This document shows positions 55,048-64,000 of a DNA stretch of 64,000 nucleotides, one piece after another. The DNA lies in the NCBI GenBank assembly GCA_039809485.1, contig JBDHVE010000030.1, positions 1,752 to 65,751 on the forward strand, given 5' to 3'. Each line of letters begins with the position of its first letter. Position 1 is the stretch's first letter. The notes below the pieces were generated by a model that was not told the origin of the DNA, did not search any database, and worked only from the letters and a program-made list of their open reading frames with translations. The translations under genes were made by a program, and so were the position numbers. Origin of the DNA: Polyangiaceae bacterium (GTDB taxonomy: Bacteria; Myxococcota_A; Polyangia; Polyangiales; Polyangiaceae).

Positions 55048-55454
55048 GGACGGGGGCTTTCCCGCCCGCGGGAACGCGAGTCGACGTCGCCGTTCGTCGT
55101 CGGAACGACCTCGGCAGGGCTCCGCGCCAGGAACGACCGCATCTTCGGCTCTTCCTTCGGCCTGTGCATGTCGGGTTTGGCGGAGCTCGGTGCCATGTCA
55201 GAGACGACAGCCACCTCGAGAGGTGGGGAAAGCGCGTCACGCCCACGGGCGCCGGCCAGAGACGAAGAGACGAGGCAACCTCGCCGCGGCCGCTTTTGAA
55301 ACGAGACGACGCCCAGCGCAGAACGCTGGGCAGGAACCTGCGGGGGCGAACCCCCTACGCCCTTTGGTACCGGAACTCGCGCGGCCGCGCCAGAGGAAAG
55401 GCTGGCTGGGCTGCGGCGCGAGGAGACGAGAAGAGCGGAGCCTTAAATAGGGAA

Positions 55455-55532
55455 GGCCCTGTCACACCCTTCCGCGCTACCGTTGCTCCCTCTCGGGCCT
55501 GGCGGGGTTCACGTTTCCGGGTCGACAGGGCC
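55455..55532 (-). ncRNA. ffs: Signal recognition particle RNA (4.5S)
   Basis: Minus strand reads GGCCCUGUC...GAACCCCGCCAGGCCCGAGAGGGAGCAACGGUAGC...GACAGGGCC: SRP helix-8 core (CAGG...GNRA loop...AGCA) inside a closing stem. Ends approximate. Confidence 0.85.
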
Positions 55533-55815
55533 ATGTGAATCCGCGCTCCCGTTCCCTCGCAGGACCGAGCTCGCGTCTTTCGAATGGCTGCTGGAGGTCC
55601 TGTACGTCGTCTCACCGAGGGCGTCCAATCTTTTTGCGATGCGTTCGAGACCGTCGCGATTGTCATCATGATCCCGAGCACTTGAGCTGCCGGGTCTGCC
55701 GAGCGGCCGGGTCCGGGCCGAAGCTCGCGTTGACCTGGCCACCCGAGCTGCCAGAGTGCCGCCCGCTTCGAGGCCGGCGACGGGGAAATCGACGGCTTCG
55801 GGGCTCGGAGGACAC

Positions 55816-58116
55816 ATGCGAACGATCGCTATGCGCCGGCTCTTCGCCGGAGCTTCGCTGCTCTCGGTTTCATTTCTCGGGACCGTGGCGATGGCCGGGC
55901 CCACCATCCACGTCGGCGCGCACGCGACCGTCACGGGGCCGTCCGCGCGGTCGCTCGCCGCGATCGAAGCGCATGCGCGGAAGGAGCTCACCGCGACCTC
56001 GATGACGGCGGCGCGTCTCGGATCCGCGCTCGTCCGCACCTCCGTCGATCACTTCGGCGACGGCGACACGCTCGTCCGCTTCGAGCAGTCGCACCTCGGC
56101 CTGCCCGTCATCGGCCGTGGCGCCACCGTCCGTCTCGCGACCGCGCCGGCGCGCACGGTCACGACGGTCGACCTCGAGGAGAAGCTCCCGTCGTCGGCGG
56201 TGCCGAGCATCGACGCCGCCTCCGCCGCGAAGACGGCAGGTCGCCTCTCTCCCCTCGCCGCGAGCGCAGACGACGCGCACCTCGTCTTCTGGCCGACGCG
56301 GAGCGGAGCACGCCTCGCATGGGTGGTGCTGCCGCGGGTGACGGGCCTGCCGACCGCGCCTCGCGTCGTCGTCGACGCCGAGAGCGGGAAGATCCTCGAG
56401 GCTCGTGACCTCGTCGTCTTCGCGAAGGCGCAGATGTACCGGACGAACCCGACCAAGAGCCCGACGCTCGAGCTCCTGGACCTCCCGATCGAGCCGACCG
56501 GCGCGACGCTCACGAGCGACTTCCTCGATGCGGTGAACTGCATCGACAAGAAGGCCGTTCGCCCGGTGAAGTTCTACGGGTTCAACCAGAACATGCGCGC
56601 CTGCGATCTCGACCAGGTCGCGACCCGCGACGAAAGCGGCGACTTCGTCACGTCGCCGACCGACGAGCCCGGCTCGCTCGACGCGAAGAGCGATCCGTTC
56701 AGCGAGGTCTCGATCTACTTCCACGCGTCGAAGGCCTACGCGTACTTCCGCGACCTCCAGGGCGACCCCGCCGCACAGGTGACGAGCGACAAGCCGCTCC
56801 GCCTCGTCGCGAACCTCCAGCTCCCGCCCGGCGTGAGCAAGGGCAGCTTCGCGCAGGCGGGTGACCCGAACAAGCCGCTCGAGCCGTTCTCGAACGCGTT
56901 CTTCTCGCCAGCGACGGGCGGGATGGGCGACCTCTTCGCGCAGCTCTACAACTACAACGGCGGCGCGCTCTGGTTCGGCCAGGGCCCCGAGCGCGACTAC
57001 GCCTACGACGGCGACGTCGTCTACCACGAGTTCGGCCACGCCGTCGTCGACCACACCGTGCGGCTCGGGCAGTGGAGCGCCGACGAGCGCGGGATCGTCG
57101 ATGCGCCGGGCGCGATGAACGAGGGCCTCGCCGACTACTTCTCGTCGGCGATCGCAGGCGACCCCGACGTCGGCGAGTACGCGTCGAAGGACATGGCGCC
57201 GAACATGACCGTCATCCGGACGCTCGCGAACCAGGACAAGTGCCCGACGTCGATCGCCGGCGAAGTGCACTTCGACTCGACGCTCTTCTCGGGCGGCCTC
57301 TGGCAGGCGCGCTCGGCGCTCGCGAACGACGGCGACAAGAAGAAGTTCGATGCCGCGCTCTACAAGGCGCTCCGCACGAACCCGGGCCGCTCCGACCTCG
57401 GCTACACGGACATGGTGAAGCTGTTCATGGCGACGCTCGGCACGGACTTCCCGGCCGGCGCCGCCGCGCTCGACGCGGCGATGACCGCGCGTGGCGTGCT
57501 CCCGACCTGCGAGCGCATCCTCTCGTTCGAGGGCAAGGAGCTCCGGTCGCCCTACGAGCGTGCAGGCTTCGCAGCGCCCTCCGGCCAGCAGCTCGGGCTC
57601 GACGTCGCGCCCGGCATCGTCCAGGTGAAGGCGAAGGTCGCGGCGTGGACGTCGAAGGTGACGTTCGCGGTCGCGACGCTCGATTCCGCGCGCGGCGGCG
57701 GCGGCTTCGGCGGCGGCGGCACGTTCGCGCCGACCGTCCTCGTGAAGTTCGGCAAGCCGATCTCCTGGAAGGAAGGCAAGGGCGGCCTCGTCGACGACGC
57801 GGACGCGAAGAAGGAGCTCGAGGCGAGCGTCACGTTCGACGTCCCCGAGAGCGCGACCGAGACCGAGGTCTACTTCCAGATCGTGAACACGGGCGACGCC
57901 GACGGCTCGTACGACGGGATCGACATCACGTCGACGCCGGGCACCGCGCCGCCGCCGGAGGACGCGCCGGGCGACCCCGCGGCGCCGTCGTCCGCGACCG
58001 AGACCCAGAGCGGCTGCGCGTGCACGACGCCGGGCACGCCGCCCGCACGGTCCGGCACCTCCGCGCTCGCGCTCCTCGCCCTCGGTGCCGTCGTCGGCCT
58101 CCGCCGCCGTCGCTGA
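55816..58116 (+). CDS. Secreted thermolysin/fungalysin-like zinc metallopeptidase with MYXO-CTERM
   Basis: GGAGGA RBS, signal peptide, FTP-like VRFEQSHLGLPVIG, VVYHEFGH, MNEGLADYF, EVHFDS; SGCAC + TM + RRRR. Confidence 0.9.
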   Translation: MRTIAMRRLFAGASLLSVSFLGTVAMAGPTIHVGAHATVTGPSARSLAAIEAHARKELTATSMTAARLGSALVRTSVDHFGDGDTLVRFEQSHLGLPVIGRGATVRLATAPARTVTTVDLEEKLPSSAVPSIDAASAAKTAGRLSPLAASADDAHLVFWPTRSGARLAWVVLPRVTGLPTAPRVVVDAESGKILEARDLVVFAKAQMYRTNPTKSPTLELLDLPIEPTGATLTSDFLDAVNCIDKKAVRPVKFYGFNQNMRACDLDQVATRDESGDFVTSPTDEPGSLDAKSDPFSEVSIYFHASKAYAYFRDLQGDPAAQVTSDKPLRLVANLQLPPGVSKGSFAQAGDPNKPLEPFSNAFFSPATGGMGDLFAQLYNYNGGALWFGQGPERDYAYDGDVVYHEFGHAVVDHTVRLGQWSADERGIVDAPGAMNEGLADYFSSAIAGDPDVGEYASKDMAPNMTVIRTLANQDKCPTSIAGEVHFDSTLFSGGLWQARSALANDGDKKKFDAALYKALRTNPGRSDLGYTDMVKLFMATLGTDFPAGAAALDAAMTARGVLPTCERILSFEGKELRSPYERAGFAAPSGQQLGLDVAPGIVQVKAKVAAWTSKVTFAVATLDSARGGGGFGGGGTFAPTVLVKFGKPISWKEGKGGLVDDADAKKELEASVTFDVPESATETEVYFQIVNTGDADGSYDGIDITSTPGTAPPPEDAPGDPAAPSSATETQSGCACTTPGTPPARSGTSALALLALGAVVGLRRRR

Positions 58117-58185
58117 GCGCGGGCCGAGAAGAGGCCGTCGCGCGTCGTTTGCGCCACGGCCCAGCTCGGTCTACGGTTCCGCGCC

Positions 58186-59097
58186 ATGAGCCCTCTGCGC
58201 GAGATCTGGATCATCTTCCTCCGCGAGCTGCGAAGGAACTTCCGAAGCGTGAAGGGCATCATCCTGGCCGCGATCACGGTCCTCGGCGGCGCTCTCGTCG
58301 CCTACGGCCTCTCGCAGTCGCAGGACGTCCGGAAGAGCAACTTCGCGAAGCTCGTCGCCGGCAGCGGCAAGGATCTCTCGTACGAAGAGACCACGCTCGA
58401 GATCAAGAAGCTGTTCCTCAACTGGTGGTTCGCAGACCCGACGACGGGCGCGCACCTCGCGCCTGCGCCGTTCCTCCTCCTCGTCCTCTTCACCGTCTCC
58501 TTGTGGCTCATCCCGGCCGTCGTCCTCGTCCTCGGGTTCGACAGCGTGTCGGGCGACGTTCAGCACCGCACCGTGCGCTACTGGGCGCTCCGCGCGCGGC
58601 GCTGGTCGTTCGTCACGAGCAAGTTCCTCGGCCTCTGGGTGACGTGCTCGGCCGTCGCGCTCGCGATGCACGTCCTCATCTGGGTCATCGTCATCGCACG
58701 CGGCGAGGCGACGTTCGGCGCGACGTTCGCGTGGGGCTTCCGCTTCTGGATCGCGTCGATCCCGATCCTCGGCGTCTGGTGCGCGACGTCGGTCCTCCTC
58801 TCGAGCTTCTTCCGCCAGCCGATCCTCTCCTTGCTCCTGAACGGCGGCGTCTTCTTCCTCTGGTGGCTCGTCCACGTGCCGGCGTGGGTCCGCACGTTCC
58901 TCGACATCCCGCAGGACGCGGACGCGACCTGGGTGCCGACGCCGAGCAAGTTCCTCTTCATCTACCCGAACTTCTACGACCGCTACCTGCTCTCGCCGCA
59001 GGTGTCCCACGCCCTCGTCGGTCTCGGTGTGACGCTCGGCTTCGCGGCAGCGTGCATCGGCGCGAGCTCGTTCCTCTTCGCGAAGCGAGACCTGTGA
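58186..59097 (+). CDS. ABC-2-type transporter permease
   Basis: RELRRNFRS, LGFDSVSGD...TVRY...RARRWSFVTSKF, six TM segments, ends FAKRDL. Confidence 0.88.
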   Translation: MSPLREIWIIFLRELRRNFRSVKGIILAAITVLGGALVAYGLSQSQDVRKSNFAKLVAGSGKDLSYEETTLEIKKLFLNWWFADPTTGAHLAPAPFLLLVLFTVSLWLIPAVVLVLGFDSVSGDVQHRTVRYWALRARRWSFVTSKFLGLWVTCSAVALAMHVLIWVIVIARGEATFGATFAWGFRFWIASIPILGVWCATSVLLSSFFRQPILSLLLNGGVFFLWWLVHVPAWVRTFLDIPQDADATWVPTPSKFLFIYPNFYDRYLLSPQVSHALVGLGVTLGFAAACIGASSFLFAKRDL

Positions 59098-60176
59098 TGC
59101 CGGAAGAGACTGCCCAGCTCGAGAAGGAAGCCGCTGCGCCCGAGGCGCCCATCGCGCCCGCGGCCGAGCCGCCGAAGGCCGAGGAGGCTTCGCCGAAGAA
59201 GAAGCGGAAGAAGAGCAGCGTCGAGGTCGCCGTCCGCCTGAACGGCGTGACGAAGCGCTTCGGCTCGAAGACCGCCGTCGATGGCGTCAGCTTCAAGATC
59301 CCCGCCGGCAGCGTCTACGGCCTGATCGGCCCGAACGGCGCCGGCAAGACGACGACGTTCTCGATGCTCGCCGGCTTCCTCCAGCCGACCGCGGGCGCGC
59401 TCGAGATCCTCGGCTACCCGCCCTCGGCGATCGACGAGCTCCGCTCGCGCGTCGGCGTCCTCCCGCAGGACGCCGTCCTCCCCGGCTCGGACAAGGTCGG
59501 CGAGTTCCTCGTCCACATGGCGCTCCTCCAGAACACGCCGAGCGATCTCGCGGAGCGCATGGCGCGCGAGGTCCTCGCCGAGGTCGAGGGCAAGGACTGG
59601 TGGGACATGCGCTGCTCGAGCCTGTCCCACGGCATGGCGAAGCGCGTGCAGCTCGCGCAGGCGCTCCTCGGCGATCCCGAGGTCGTCCTCCTCGACGAGC
59701 CGACCGCCGGCCTCGATCCGAAGGTCGCCTACGAGGTCCGTCAGATCATCAAGTCGCGGAAGGGCCGCTGCACACTCGTCGTGTCGAGCCACAACCTCCA
59801 GGAGCTCGAAGAGGTCTGTGACGCCGCCTGCATCCTCGACCGCGGTCGCATCGTCGCGCAGGGCACGATCGCGGAGCTCACCGCCGCGAGCGAGGAAGTC
59901 CGCGTCAAGGTCGCGCCCTCGAAGGACCCGCAGACCGGCGCGTACCGGTCTGCGTTCGCGCTCGTCCCGCTCGATGCGCTCCGCGCCGTCCCCGGCGTCA
60001 CGCGCGTCGAGCTCGAGGACGAGCGCAGCGAGCTCATCGTCTACTTCGACCGGAAGAACACGGACGCCGAGGCGGTGATCAGCCACGTGCTCTGGGCGCT
60101 CTTGAACGCCCAGGTCCGGATCAGCGCAGTGTCGAAGGGACGTGGCCTCGAGCAGCGCGTGATGGACCTCACCTAG
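59097..60176 (+). CDS. ABC transporter ATP-binding protein
   Basis: GPNGAGKT, LSHGMAKR, LLDEPTAGLDP, SSH; ATG overlaps the permease TGA. Confidence 0.95.
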   Translation: MPEETAQLEKEAAAPEAPIAPAAEPPKAEEASPKKKRKKSSVEVAVRLNGVTKRFGSKTAVDGVSFKIPAGSVYGLIGPNGAGKTTTFSMLAGFLQPTAGALEILGYPPSAIDELRSRVGVLPQDAVLPGSDKVGEFLVHMALLQNTPSDLAERMAREVLAEVEGKDWWDMRCSSLSHGMAKRVQLAQALLGDPEVVLLDEPTAGLDPKVAYEVRQIIKSRKGRCTLVVSSHNLQELEEVCDAACILDRGRIVAQGTIAELTAASEEVRVKVAPSKDPQTGAYRSAFALVPLDALRAVPGVTRVELEDERSELIVYFDRKNTDAEAVISHVLWALLNAQVRISAVSKGRGLEQRVMDLT

Positions 60177-60179
60177 AGG

Positions 60180-61487
60180 TCACTTCACGCAGCGGCAGTA
60201 CGAGACCGACTTCGTCGAGCCGCAGACGAGGACCTGCGAGCCACGGCATGCGCCGCCGCTGCTCGCGCGCGACGTCGAGACCGCGCGCAGGCCGAGCTTC
60301 GCACGGAGGCTCGCGACGAGCGCGCCTTCGTCGCTCGCGGGCGGCGGGTCCTCCGCGGCGGGCTCCTGCGACTCCTCCTGCGGCTCCTCCTGGGCCTCCT
60401 CCTCCGGCGCCTCCTCCTGCGCCTCCGGCGGGTCGGGGTCGACCTCGTCGTCGGTCGTGGCCTGCTCTTCGCTCTGCTCCTCGACCTCCTCTTCGACCGG
60501 CGCGTCCTCGGGATCCTCCTCGGCGGCCTGCTGGTCCTCCTGCTGCTCCTCGGGCGAGAGCGCGGCCGCCGTCTCGGGGTCCTCGTCGGCGGACGCGACC
60601 TCGGTGCCGTCCTCTTTCTTCTCCGGATCGTCGGAAGCGACGAGCGGCTCGTCCTCCTTCGGCCCCGCGTCCTGATCCTCGGGCTTCGGCTCCTCGGTGC
60701 CCGCGTCCGGCTGCTCGTCGGGCTTCGGCTCTTCCTTCGGATCGTCGACCGGCTTGTCCTTCTCCTTGTCCTCCGGCGGCGGGTTCTTCTGCTCGTCCTT
60801 CTTGTCCTTGTCGGTGAAGGCTTCCTTGCACGTCGAGACCGCGTCGTACGTCTTGTAGGCGCAGTTCACGACCGCGCCCTTGTTCTGCCAGAGGCAGCGG
60901 CCGGTGTTGAGGAGCGCGCCCGGGACGCCGAGCCGCGAGCCCTGCACGGCGGCGCGGACGCACTTCGCCGCGACCGGCGCACACGTCTTCACCGCCTTGC
61001 CGGCCCCCTTCAAGCAGTCGGAGCCGTCAGCGAACGCGATGTTCTTCGTGCCGGTGCCCGAGCCGGTGTCGAGGCCGCGCGCCCACTTCTCGAGCACGCG
61101 CGTCGCGCCGAAGAGGACCTTGCCGTCCTCGACCGTCATCGTGTCGCGGATGACCTTGCCCTTCTTGTCGATCTGGACGGCGCCGTTGCCCTTCACCATC
61201 TCGAGCGACACGGCCCACTTGCGCGCCTTCGTCGACGCGTAGCGGAAGCGCATCCCGTTGACGGGCTTCTTGTCCTTGCCGAAGCCGAGGACGACGACGC
61301 TCGTGCGCCCTTCGTAGATGCGCCACTTCGTGATCCCGCCGCTCACCTTCTTGGTGATCGCCGAGGAGCTCGCGCGCGCGCTCGCGCCGGGCTTCGGGGC
61401 GGACTCCGCTTTCGGCGGCGGCGCGATGCATCCGGCGCCCACGGCGAGGATCCCGACGAACAACCCGAGCTTCGACCAAGTGCGCAT
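60180..61487 (-). CDS. Hypothetical lipoprotein with Cys-rich segment and long acidic low-complexity region
   Basis: GGAGG RBS, GAGC lipobox, six-Cys amphipathic block, about 140-aa E/D/P/Q-rich stretch, 4-Cys C-terminus. Confidence 0.7.
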   Translation of the reverse strand: MRTWSKLGLFVGILAVGAGCIAPPPKAESAPKPGASARASSSAITKKVSGGITKWRIYEGRTSVVVLGFGKDKKPVNGMRFRYASTKARKWAVSLEMVKGNGAVQIDKKGKVIRDTMTVEDGKVLFGATRVLEKWARGLDTGSGTGTKNIAFADGSDCLKGAGKAVKTCAPVAAKCVRAAVQGSRLGVPGALLNTGRCLWQNKGAVVNCAYKTYDAVSTCKEAFTDKDKKDEQKNPPPEDKEKDKPVDDPKEEPKPDEQPDAGTEEPKPEDQDAGPKEDEPLVASDDPEKKEDGTEVASADEDPETAAALSPEEQQEDQQAAEEDPEDAPVEEEVEEQSEEQATTDDEVDPDPPEAQEEAPEEEAQEEPQEESQEPAAEDPPPASDEGALVASLRAKLGLRAVSTSRASSGGACRGSQVLVCGSTKSVSYCRCVK

Positions 61488-61512
61488 GTCTTCCGCCTCC
61501 GCACGAGCTCGT

Positions 61513-61529
61513 CGCATCGAACGCGCCAA
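61513..61529 (-). promoter_or_regulatory. Candidate sigma54 promoter
   Basis: Minus strand TTGGCGCG-TTCG-ATGCG (GG-N10-GC) just upstream of the RBS of 60180-61487; tandem 10-mer GACGATGTGC x2 at 61547-61566 lies upstream. Confidence 0.35.
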
Positions 61530-61767
61530 CGCGAGCGGGACGCGTCGACGATGTGCGACGATGTGCCGAGCGACGACGAAAGGCCTGGAAAAAGCTGGCC
61601 CCGTGAGGCGTGGGGCTCCGGTGCTCCGGCCCGGTCCGATCCAAGACGTCACCCGTGAGTGACACCGACCGAGAGCGCGCGGGACGAGGAGAGAACGTGC
61701 TCGGAGGACGCACGCGCAGCCCGGTGAAATCAGCAGCCGAGCTCGTCACGACGCAGCCCGTCGAGGC

Positions 61768-61796
61768 TTGACGCGGTCGCCCTCGACGCAGATAGT
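61768..61796 (+). promoter_or_regulatory. Candidate sigma70 promoter of the MFE-2-like gene
   Basis: TTGACG-N17-GATAGT, about 70 nt upstream of the ATG. Confidence 0.5.
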
Positions 61797-61868
61797 TCGC
61801 ACGCTAAGCTTTTCGGCACGAACGCTGTTTCGCGCGCTGAATCGGGCGCGCCGGTGGAGGGAATTCCC

Positions 61869-64000
61869 ATGTCCGAGCTGCGTTTCGATGGAAGGGTCGC
61901 GATCGTCACGGGGGCCGGGAACGGCCTTGGTCGCTCGCATGCCCTCCTCCTCGCGTCCCGCGGGTGCAAGGTGGTCGTCAACGACCTCGGCGGCGCCGCG
62001 ACGGGCGGTGGGCGCTCGAGCGCTGCCGCCGACAAGGTGGTCGAGGAGATCAAGGCGGCCGGGGGCGAGGCGATCGCGAACTACGACTCGGTCGAAGAGG
62101 GCGAGAAGATCGTCCAGGCCGCGCTCGATACCTGGAAGCGGATCGACATCGTCGTCAACAACGCCGGCATCCTCCGCGACACCTCGTTCCGGAAGATGTC
62201 GCTCGAGGACTGGGACCTCATCTACCGCGTGCACGTCGCCGGCAGCATGCGCGTGACGAAGGCCGCCTGGGAGCCGATGCTCGAGGCCGGCTACGGCCGC
62301 ATCCTCTTCACCGCGAGCGCCGCGGGCATCTACGGCAACTTCGGCCAGGCGAACTACGCGATGGCGAAGCTCGGTCTCGTCGGCTTCTCGAACACGCTCG
62401 CGATCGAGGGTCTGAAGAAGAACGTGCGCGTGAACACGATCGCGCCGATCGCCGGCTCGCGCCTCACCGAGACCGTTCTGCCGAAGAACATCACCGACGC
62501 GCTCCGGCCCGAGTACGTCTCGCCGCTCGTCGCCTACCTCGCGCACGAGAGCTGCGAGGAGACCGGCGGCCTCTTCGAGGTCGGCGGCGGGCTCTACGCG
62601 AAGCTCCGCTGGGAGCGCACCGAAGGGAAGCTCTTCAAGCTCGGTCGCGCGATCACGCCCGAGCAGGTCGAGAAGAGCTGGAAGACGATCGTCGACTTCG
62701 GCAAGGCGACGCACCCCTCGAACATCAACGACTCGATGGGGCCGATCCTCGGCAACCTCGAGTCGAAGGCTCTCGGCGGGAACGAATTCATCGACGTCGA
62801 CGCCGCGCTCGGCTTCGAGCTCCCGCCCCAGACGTCGCGTTACGACGAGAAGGACCTCGCGCTCTACGCGCTCGGCGTCGGCGTCGGCGCGAACCCGCTC
62901 GACGCGAAGGAGCTCCAGTACGTCTACGAGAACGCGCCCGACTTCAAGGCGCTCCCCACGTTCGGCGTCGTGCCGGCGCTCGGCGCCGTGTTCGACATGT
63001 ACAAGCGTGGCGAGAACGCCCCGGGGATGAACTACGGCTTCGACCGGATCCTCCACGGCGAGCAGTACACGGAGCTGAAGCGCCCGCTGCCGCCGAGCGC
63101 GAAGCTAACGCACAAGGGCAAGATCAAGGAGATCTGGGACAAGGGAAAGGGCGCGGTCGTCGTGATCGCGATCACGACCTACGACGAGGACGGCAACGAG
63201 CTCGTCTACAACGAGGTCTCGACGTTCGTCCGCGGCGCGGGCGGCTGGGGCGGGGAGCGCGGTCCCTCGACCGAGGTGAACGTGCCGCCGAACCGCGCGC
63301 CCGACGCGACGATCGAGGAGAAGATCAGCGCGAGCCAGGCGCTCCTCTATCGCTTGTCGGGGGACATCAACCCGCTCCACGCGGATCCGGGCTTCGCGAA
63401 GGCGTTTGGCTTCGACAAGCCGATCCTCCACGGGCTCTGCACCTTCGGCTACGCCGGGCGCCACGTCGTGAAGGCGTTCGCGAACGACGACCCGCGCACG
63501 TTCAAGAGCATCAAGGCGCGCTTCTCGGACAGCGTCTTCCCCGGCGAGACGCTCGTGACCGAGATGTGGAAGGAGGGCGACAAAATCGTCTTCCGCTGCA
63601 AGGTGAAGGAGCGCGACAAGACCGTCATCTCGAACGCCGCGATCGAGCTCTACAAGGAGATCCCGAAGGCGCCGGAGAAGAAGAAGCCGACAGCTGCCCC
63701 GGCGCCGGCTGCAGCTTCGGGCGAGGCGACGAGCGCCGAGGCGTTCGCCGTCATCCGCGATCACATCGAGCAGAACGGCGGCCTGGCGGGCGAGATCGGG
63801 AAGACGTTCTTGTTCCGGCTCTCGGCGCCGGACTCGGCGTGGCTCGTCGATCTCAAGAACGGCAAGGGCTCGGTCGTCGAGGCGACGAAAGACACGAAGG
63901 CGGACTGCCTCCTCGATCTCTCGGACGCGGACTTCTGCGCGATGGTCGCCGGCAAGGCCGACCCGATGAAGCTCTGGACGGACAAGAAGCTGAAGATCGG
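61869..64000 (+). CDS. MFE-2/HSD17B4-like multifunctional enzyme (SDR + MaoC-type hydratase 2 + SCP2), 3'-truncated by window edge
   Basis: Not in the ORF track (no stop in window). MSELRFDGRVAIVTGAGNGLG, VVVNDLGG, GNFGQANYAMAK, YRLSGDINPLH, ILHGLCTFG, and SCP2-like WLVDLKNGKG...ADPMKLWTDKKLKI. Confidence 0.92.
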   Translation, partial: MSELRFDGRVAIVTGAGNGLGRSHALLLASRGCKVVVNDLGGAATGGGRSSAAADKVVEEIKAAGGEAIANYDSVEEGEKIVQAALDTWKRIDIVVNNAGILRDTSFRKMSLEDWDLIYRVHVAGSMRVTKAAWEPMLEAGYGRILFTASAAGIYGNFGQANYAMAKLGLVGFSNTLAIEGLKKNVRVNTIAPIAGSRLTETVLPKNITDALRPEYVSPLVAYLAHESCEETGGLFEVGGGLYAKLRWERTEGKLFKLGRAITPEQVEKSWKTIVDFGKATHPSNINDSMGPILGNLESKALGGNEFIDVDAALGFELPPQTSRYDEKDLALYALGVGVGANPLDAKELQYVYENAPDFKALPTFGVVPALGAVFDMYKRGENAPGMNYGFDRILHGEQYTELKRPLPPSAKLTHKGKIKEIWDKGKGAVVVIAITTYDEDGNELVYNEVSTFVRGAGGWGGERGPSTEVNVPPNRAPDATIEEKISASQALLYRLSGDINPLHADPGFAKAFGFDKPILHGLCTFGYAGRHVVKAFANDDPRTFKSIKARFSDSVFPGETLVTEMWKEGDKIVFRCKVKERDKTVISNAAIELYKEIPKAPEKKKPTAAPAPAAASGEATSAEAFAVIRDHIEQNGGLAGEIGKTFLFRLSAPDSAWLVDLKNGKGSVVEATKDTKADCLLDLSDADFCAMVAGKADPMKLWTDKKLKI

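Noticed and set aside
54990-55214. Upstream ORF overlapping the rne start
   Set aside because: Out of frame with rne, no motif or clear RBS; cannot be supported without ribosome profiling.
50971-55299. Very long antisense or alternative-frame ORFs (also 2571-5846, 27308-30718, 31003-34470, 46585-49677)
   Set aside because: Shadow ORFs expected at high GC; they are Arg/Ala/Pro-rich, lack motifs and overlap well-supported genes.
55200-55440. RNase P RNA (rnpB) near rne
   Set aside because: GAGGAAAG occurs at about 55393, but the following GUCC and the 3' conserved AACCCGGCUUA-type motifs are absent on both strands.

Overview
Gene-dense, very GC-rich (visibly about 70% or more) bacterial chromosomal segment. 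MYXO-CTERM-like tails, a myxobacterial PilZ protein, ferritin-like and Cys-rich lipoproteins and a DUF2330 protein point to Myxococcota, probably Polyangiales (inference). I support 57 CDS (first and last truncated by the window), one tRNA-Ser(CGA) and an SRP RNA (ffs). I see no CRISPR array, integrase, transposase or prophage. Housekeeping genes (ruvA, coaD, proB, purine nucleoside phosphorylase/cdd, RNase E/G, beta-oxidation enzymes, MscS, PhoD) are interspersed with many uncharacterised exported proteins. The best candidate for an undescribed system is 28073-34623: two lipoprotein homologues of the hydrazine synthase alpha subunit (beta-propeller plus c-type heme domains, six putative hemes in total, domains shuffled between the paralogues) flank an exported HEAT-repeat protein, with no HZS beta/gamma genes nearby. 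Other highlights: a stand-alone PPDK phosphocarrier domain with catalytic His replaced by Asp but the regulatory Thr kept; a LysR-controlled ThDP-enzyme/ALDH pair resembling a 2-oxoglutarate decarboxylase/SSADH shunt; a bacterial pentameric ligand-gated ion channel; a degenerate ABC ATPase; an RNase E/G with a large charged insert and a structured leader; two heptamer-repeat hairpin elements; and a eukaryote-like MFE-2/HSD17B4 three-domain enzyme. All family assignments come from motif recognition by eye, not database searches. Many start codons were re-picked from the ORF track.
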